From the human T2T-CHM13v2.0 reference genome, Homo sapiens: a stretch of DNA of 64,000 nt. Positions 53,146 to 64,000 of the stretch are shown here, in pieces. Numbering within the stretch: position 1 is the stretch's first letter; each line of letters begins with the position of its first letter. The DNA is taken from the NCBI RefSeq assembly GCF_009914755.1, contig NC_060933.1, one strand, 5' to 3'. The notes under the pieces are model-generated. The model did not search any database. It worked only from the letters and a program-made list of their open reading frames with translations, and was not told where the DNA came from. The position numbers and the translations under genes are program-made.

Positions 53146-53604
53146 TTACCAAAAACAGGTTAATGTGAAAGGCCAGCATACGCAAGATAACCCCACATGA
53201 CGTGATTACTGGGTCTGCCATCAAGGTTCTCTAATTATATTGACAAACTTTAGATAAATATATCCATTAGCATGCAGCTGATTATTAGGTTTCTGTGACA
53301 GCTGAATTTTCAACACATTTCTTTTTTTCTTTGTCCCAAGTGACACAATAACTTGACATGTGGCTAGCAAAACCAATTACACACATAAAACTATGAAATA
53401 TGGCATGCTCAGTTACTATATTGTGGTCATTTTTAAAAGAAAGAAGGGGAAACAGGGAGGAAGATACAGAGGGGAGAAGAAAGAAACAGGAACAGCTTCA
53501 GTCACATAGTGACAGAGGTTCAGAAATTTTGAAGAACATTTAATTTAGGTCATCTTGTCACCTTTTAGATTTGCAATAAGCAGTCGGTTATTGCTTTTTA
53601 AGCA

Positions 53605-53792
53605 ATCTTAACACTGGTAATATGTCAATATGACCCAAAGCAATCCACAAATTCAATACAATTCTTATTAAAATCTCAATGCCTTTTTTTGCAGAAAACA
53701 ATAATCCATCCTAAAATTCACAGGGAACCTCAAGGGACCCTGAACCAGCCAATGTTGAAAAAGAACAGTTGGAGGTCTCACACTTTCAGAAT
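53605..53792 (+). mobile_element. L1 ORF2 fragment
   Basis: cccaaagcaatccacaaattcaatacaattc...atcctaaaattcacagggaacctcaagggacc. Confidence 0.7.
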
Positions 53793-55127
53793 TCTTGGAA
53801 TCTGCTGCCGCCCACTATAATATTGGGGGCCTAGCATGCCTGCCTCTCAGGATTGTTAGGGGAACAGGGAGCAGGGTACACTATGGAAACTGACCAGCAC
53901 CTGACACAGAGTGTCACCAAGAGGTAGTGTGACCTTCTGGAGGCCTGGCCTGAATACCATGACCCACCTCTGCCTTGAGCAGGGTTGGATCTCAGCCTCT
54001 GGCCGCTGTCTCCCACTGCTGAGTACACAGCTAAGGACCTGGTAAAGAGTGAAGATTCTAAAGGACACTGACCTTCCAGGCCGTGAGGGACATCATAGTC
54101 CATGCTGGAGCGGCAGAGGCGGGGAGCACCCAAGTGCCCCTCACCATGGGACCCAGAGAAGTAACAGAAGAGGGGCTGGGAGGTTGTGACAGGCCTCCTG
54201 GCTGTGGTGGAAGGACGACCAGCAGAGAACTGGGGTATGAAGTTGACAGAAAGCCCCAGGGGCCTGTATTTGGCCTCGGGAGAGATCCTTTGAGGGGAAC
54301 CTGAGGGGCTGGGAAGAATCCGCAGCATTCCCTACCCTCCCCATGCCCCCAGCCCCCTATCCTGGCTCTCCAGCACTGCACCACCAGCTCAGGGCCAAGA
54401 CTTCCATAATTACATGGTGTTAATGAGCATTTAGTCTGCATTCAGAGAAGAGTTAGGGGCCATGAGAATCACAACTTTTCAAGTATTTCAAAGGCCAAGG
54501 CATGGAAAAGCCTGTGTGAACTGATCAGAAGAGGGGGAGCTGGAGCGACAGGCAAGGTTGGCTGGGGTGGGGGCCCACCCTCATACCATTTTTAAAAGAG
54601 CAGCTGTTCCTCTTCCCCCACATCCTTCTCCCCCTCCTCCCCTTCCTTCTTAATATAATGGAGCATCTTAAGATCATACCTGACTTGAAGATTCCACAAA
54701 TTTTAAAAAACATTAAAAACCACTGCTGTTTGATATCAACAGGGAGAGAATAATTTTAGTTCAAAATATTTGGAAATAAGAACTATTTAAGTGATCTAGA
54801 GACTATCAACATGTATACACTATTTTTCTTCAACTAAACACAACATCAATTGTGAAAAATTTACATGTAGTACAAATAATAGAGGAAGTAGCTAGCATGC
54901 AGAAGACCAACAGAGGGGAAGATGGCAGAGGGAGGGCAGGAGTGGGGTCAGCAGCCTGGTCAGCACAGCCAGGTGAGGAGGTGACGGAGGCCTCCCTGCT
55001 CAGGGAGCCCCAGTTGGAACGCAGCACAGGACTCCACTGGAAGCTCTGCCATGTGGTATACAGGGCAAACCTTAAAACAGTATAGGAGTCTGATGTAAGA
55101 GGTGATTAAGAAGTTAAAACCTATCCT

Positions 55128-55501
<374 letters not shown>

Positions 55502-55606
55502 TTAAAATTTTGACTAAAAAAGATAACTTCATACCCCTTATCTGTCCCTAAGTAGGATTTTTAGGTGTGGTATTTGAGTAACATATGTTTCTACTTTGTG
55601 AGTTAG

Positions 55607-55969
55607 TGATATGGTTTGGCTGTGTCCCCACCCAAATCTCATCTTGAATTGTAGTTCTCATAATTCCCACTGTGTCATGGGAGGGAACCTGTGGGAGGTA
55701 ACTGAATCATGCAGGCAGATCTTTCTCATGCTGTTCTCATGATAGTGAATAAGTCTCACGAGATCTGATGGTTTTATAAAGGGGAGTTTCCCTGCACAGG
55801 TTCTCTTGCGTGCTGCCATATAAGACGTGTCTTGTTTCTCCTTCACCTTCTGCTATCATTGTGAGGTCTCCCCAGCCATGTGGAACTGTGAATCCATTAA
55901 GCCTTTTTTCTTTATAATTACCCAGTCTTGGGTATATCTTTATTAGCAGCATGAGAACAGACTAATACA
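55607..55969 (+). mobile_element. THE1 (MaLR) solo LTR
   Basis: tgatatggtttggctgtgtccccacccaaatctc ... gagaacagactaataca; 5-bp TSD gttag/attag. Confidence 0.92.
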
Positions 55970-57243
55970 ATTAGATTTTTGTTTGTTTGTTTGTTAACAA
56001 CAACAAAGAAAGGCTGATAGATGCTTACAGGCCTGTTTTCAGGATACTTAAAAGTGAATTTTCAGTATTTTCAGGTTTTCAAAACTTTATGTAAAGGGAA
56101 CAGCAAAGGTCTTTAATTTTAACTCTGTAGGATGTCATTTTGTGTCCCCAAAGTTTTCTAATTTTATTGCTTTATAAAATTCAGGTTTTCAAAATAATCT
56201 CAGAGGAGCTAGTCTTCTACGTTACTGACTTTGGGAATGAAATAGTAAATAGCCTTTATTTGTAGCCCTATTTGAAAATAATTTAAAAGTGCTTTCTTAA
56301 AATCCTTATCTGCAATGATTATTGTACACATCATGGCTGAAGTTTAAGTGTGGCTCACACATTCATGCTTAGTTGAGCATGTTTACAAGTAACTTTGGGG
56401 TACAATTTGGAGGCCTTTTTAAAATGTGGGATCTTAGAGACCAAGTTAGGCACCAATGTAACTCTTGGGACTTTAAGGTTAAAACAAAACAGCCTATAAC
56501 AGTAAAAACAATAGTTTTGTACTTTGGGAGCTACATGCACAAAGCAGGCAAAATGGATCATCTCTGAAAAGAGGCAGCCTCACAATATATATCTCATAAC
56601 AGAAACACTGCAAATGGATCATATTTTGTGAGTAATTAACAAGGTATCAAAATAATGTCATACAAGTGAAGAAAATCACACTTGCATCACAGTTGAGCTG
56701 ACAGCTGTTGTCACTCACAGTGTGGGCCCATGGGACATTACCCCTTAACTCAGAGAGAGATGAGCTCCCTGGCTAGTTAGCTGAGCAACTTGGGATTATA
56801 TTAAGTGAGCAAATGGCCAGAAACCTTCCCAACTACCCTTCCCACGACTACAGAGTGTGGTTCTGGAGCTGGTGTTGAGATGTAAATGCAGTCCCAGCTG
56901 TGTGCCAAGAATTCAAATCTCAAGGTCAAGAATGAGAGGTACTTGACAAATTCTTACACTTCATATACTCCTCATCTTTGAATTAATTCATTTTTCCTAC
57001 AAATCAACAGAATGTTCACAGGGGGAAATTATTCCATGCTGAATAAATAAAGTCCATATGAATGAACTTTTCATTTAGTAGTAATTGCATTTTTTTAGTA
57101 TGTCACTAACTGTGAGTTATAAATTAAAACCTGTTTAGCCAGAGAAGATAATTTTACAGTTAATGTTTAAAACAGAATTGACTAACTGAATTTACTCCAT
57201 GAAGAAGGCAGGTTTTGAAAGTTCTACCAGATGCAGATATAAC

Positions 57244-57537
57244 TTTTTTTTTTTTTTTGAGAAGAGTCTGGCTCTGTTGCCCAGTCTGGAGTGCAGTGGC
57301 ACTATCTCATTCACTGCAAGCTCCGCCTCCCGGGTTCACGCCATTCTCCTGCCTCAGCCTGCCGAGTAGCTGGAACTACAGGCGCCCGCCACCATGCCTG
57401 GCTAATTTTTTGCATTTTTAGTAGAGATGGGGTTTCACCATGTTAGCCAGGATGGTCTCGATCTCCTGACCTCGTGATCCGCCCGCCTTGGCCTCCCAAA
57501 GTGCTGGGATTACAGGCGTGAGCCACCACGCTGGGCC
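57244..57537 (-). mobile_element. AluY
   Basis: Antisense Alu. Confidence 0.93.
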
Positions 57538-57997
57538 AGATTATCACTTTTCAATTTTTAAATCTGTAGCATTTATTTATTCACTGAAAGTAAATACCAA
57601 ATGTACTGGGGCAAATTGTATGTAGAAATATTATTTTTCCAGGTGTGACCCTATGATTCTTCTCAGCCAAAATCTTTGTAAAATTATGGCACAACTAGCA
57701 TAACTGTGGTTGTAATACTTATTTGAATTAAATGTTTTTCTTGTCTAACCTCCATATTTCATTGAGTATGTCCTTCTGCACACATCTTCATCCGTCTTTA
57801 TGATTCAAACTTTTCTAGCAGAAATTACTTTTTATTTTCTCTGCAGAACATGTGGGGTTGGGTGGCTGATGAATAGTAACCTGGCAAATTCCTCTGCCTG
57901 GAAAAATATCATCCAACTGATGGGTGTGTGGTTGCAAAAGCGAGCTTTATAACTATTAGCTGAGCAACTCGGGATCATATTAAGGTAAAATTCATAA

Positions 57998-58352
<355 letters not shown>

Positions 58353-58514
58353 AAGATGAAGTTTTCTAATCCTCATAGTAATTATGACTATTTCATTCCC
58401 TCTCGAAAGATAACAACAACGAAAAAGAGAACGGAATGCCTTTTTCCAGCTCTCTACATTTGCTTTCTTCAACTTTGAAAACAGGCAAGCTAAAGTGACC
58501 TAGGATGGCCCTTA

Positions 58515-58748
<234 letters not shown>

Positions 58749-59865
58749 TTACTATATGAAGACTGCTGCTCCCGCTTGTTTATGGACATCGGTATGATGC
58801 GATGAGCTTCACCATTCATTAGAGAGGTGAGAAGGGGCAAGGTTAGAACTGATCAAATTTAAGATAATACCTGGAATTCAGAATAAGAAATTGCGGGGGA
58901 AAATTCAGATCTAAAATTCCTATAACAGGAATTATTTCCCAACCAAGTGAAAAGAGGTTTGGCTTCTTTTGTGAAATCTCATCTAAGAAATAAGCATGCA
59001 TTTTAGCATTATGTAGTATAAGTGAAAAAAATTAAAGTGGAGGTTAAATTAAAATAAATGAAATCATAGCCCAAATTTTATTTAGGATATGCTGTGAAGT
59101 GTGAAAAATGCTACCTGAAAATATAATTGTGTACTACCATTTATCTAAAATATGTTAAATATCTACCCTATAGCTGTTTTTGTGCGTTGCGATGTATGTA
59201 TATTTGGGAGTATTTAAAAACGTATTTTTTTATACTGACTGGGTGGAAATACCTAGATTTGCTTTTCTAGTAACACTTTCTTTGGTATTAGGTACTTTAG
59301 TCAAATATATAACTAAAGATTAAATTCTAATGTTAACAACAACACAAAAAGTAACAGGACATAACACACTGTTAGGGTACATAAGGATAAAAATTTGCAG
59401 TCCAGAATGTTCTATGAATAGAAAGAGATAAAATAGACATTTGATTATTTCCAATATTAGAAGTTAAATATTAAAAATTTCACTACAATCGTCAGCTAAT
59501 TTCACCTAAATTACAAATGGCAATGCTTATGACATCACTTCCCTTTACTATGTGGGCTTGTTTTGTGAAACAAGAAGAGTACTTATAAGAAGCAGTGGTG
59601 AGTGCCTGACTTTGACGTAAGCAGTATTACTCCACACCAGTCCAAGCATATAGGAAAGTAGTGTCTTGAACTTACTCCCACCCTCTTGAGTTACAATATA
59701 TAACCTAATAATGGAACTCTAAGTTTGAAAAGTAAGGAAAAGGATGAAAGTACACACTCTAGTTAAAGAAAACACAATAATTGTAAAATCTTATTATTTA
59801 AAGACAACTGTTTGTAGAAAGAGTCATATTAATTCAGAATAAAATCATAAGGCATTTGTCTACGT

Positions 59866-60357
<492 letters not shown>

Positions 60358-61379
60358 ATCTAAATGAATACTTAATTTTAACATACAAATATGAAAGAGG
60401 AACCTCATTTCATAATGGTGTAATGCCAATGACAAGAGAAATTGAATTAGTAATTAATTTAATTGTATATTATGAAATTATATAGCTTTTAAAAATTTTA
60501 TCCTTTGCCTTATTTTAAAAAAGAAGCCTGCTTATATTGATTCTGTAAGTATTGTCTCTTTCAAACTTGTGAGATATAATTTCTTATTTTCTTTTCCCAA
60601 TCATTCAAATATTAGGTATTAAACCTAATATTTGGCATGACACTTTCAGTCCATGCAAATACCCTTTTCTCCAAAGATTATAGTAAATATACATCAATAT
60701 TTATCACTAGAGGATTGAGTTTTCTTTACAGTGTTCATTAAAATGAAAAAAATGAAGTATAGAATTTGTACTTATGTGTTTTTCATTGACCTCTCTTTGA
60801 CCTTATATTGTTAATCACTAGCACAATTTCAAAAAATAGTCAATGAAGATTCCTCTTACTGGAATAAATGAAGCACCTCTCAATGCCTGTACTCTTATTT
60901 CCTCCCTAAAAGTTCCATAAAAATTAAATGTTGTGTTTAGATTTCCATTTTAATAACTGAAGCTTTATCTCTTTAACTTTAATACTTTCTGCTTTAGATC
61001 CCTAAAGTAAAAGCCTCCCTCATATTAAGGCTTCTTTTTAGCTTATCGAAACTATACATAACCTCACAGACACTTGGAAGTTTAACATTTAACACCATAT
61101 TTGTTTAAAAGTTTGAAGACTAAAATCTTTTATATTTTTATATTTACAAAAGAAATAAAAGTTTAAATGGTACAGCAGAACCTTCTGAAGAATGGGATAG
61201 AGAGTGAACTTTGTATAATTCTACTGCATCTCACTAATCATTAAGAAATAAACACATAAAGAATTAAGAGGATTATTAATTCAATAAATATTTTCCAGTA
61301 ATGAATTATAGGAATATCAACAGTTCTGCTAATCTTTCTTTCACCATGTGGTGTTTCCTGACACATAACTTAGGTTATC

Positions 61380-61687
<308 letters not shown>

Positions 61688-62246
61688 AGGTTATTCTTAA
61701 AAGAAAATGAATTCGATAACTCTGTTAGAAAAAAAAAAACTAAAATAAATCCAGGTGTCCCGCAAAAAGTTATGAAACTTTCAGGACAAATTCTAATCAT
61801 AAAGTACTGCATGGATATGAAATCAAACAAATAAAGATATTAAGACCCATGAAAATTTTAGCCCGGTTATTTTCACTTGTGTAAGCATATGAGGTTGGCA
61901 AGAAAATTGTCACTGTGTGTTATTGCAGTGACAGACTTCAATGCAGTGTTGCCACAAGTTCTTGGTCTAGCAGATTCCTACAAGAAGGATGTGAGGACTG
62001 GCGACACAACAGTCAATTTTGTATTCTCAATATCATGGAAGGAGGCATGGCATTGAATAGCAGAAAGATTCCATAAAGGTAAGTTTAAAAGAATTTGACC
62101 TTCAGTCAATCTCTATTTCAGGCATGAATGCAAAAAACTGCAGGCTATATGCACAACCTGCAACCGTACAGAGTGCTGCTTGAAAAACACTTCAAAAAGA
62201 TGAAATCACAGACCAGAAAAAAAAGAATGGACAAATGACAGTATAG

Positions 62247-63793
<1,547 letters not shown>

Positions 63794-64000
63794 GACATAT
63801 TTTTCAGTTGATATGGTTTCCTATGAGACATAGCATCATTAAGGATAAAATAAGTGAAACTGAAAAGAGTATAGTTAATCTAGTTTTCATAATGAGTTCA
63901 TTCTGTTATGTTTCTTTTTCTTTTCCATTGTCAATTTATATTGGCTCAGAGAAAACAGGCTTGATGGATAAAGTCCATGGTATTTCCCAATTTTGCCATG

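Noticed and set aside
53831-54441. 165-aa and 127-aa minus-strand ORFs
   Set aside because: No recognisable domain or exon structure; likely chance ORFs in GC-rich sequence

Overview
Human (primate) genomic DNA, AT-rich and repeat-dense. The window holds nine consecutive internal coding exons of a contactin-associated protein-like 3 (Caspr3) gene on the minus strand, about exons 10-18. All have GT-AG boundaries and join into one open 1518-nt frame covering the end of LamG2, EGF1, the fibrinogen-like domain, LamG3 and EGF2. The paralog-diagnostic residues match my recollection of CNTNAP3B from the chr9 pericentromeric segmental duplications, but CNTNAP3, CNTNAP3C or a pseudogene copy cannot be excluded without alignment. 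The introns contain about 30 Alus, several old L1 blocks (one nested three deep), a young 5'-truncated L1PA, two solo LTRs, MER DNA transposons, MIR/L2 fragments and microsatellites. An antisense, 3'-truncated RBM17 (SPF45) processed pseudogene lies at the right end. I found no evidence of a new multi-gene system. The most interesting observations are a CpG-island exon whose protein sequence looks GC-driven, candidate intronic polyadenylation sites that would give secreted Caspr3 fragments, a NAGNAG acceptor, a three-armed Alu within a single TSD, and the tail-less RBM17 retrocopy. Exon numbers and repeat subfamily names are from memory and were not verified by search.
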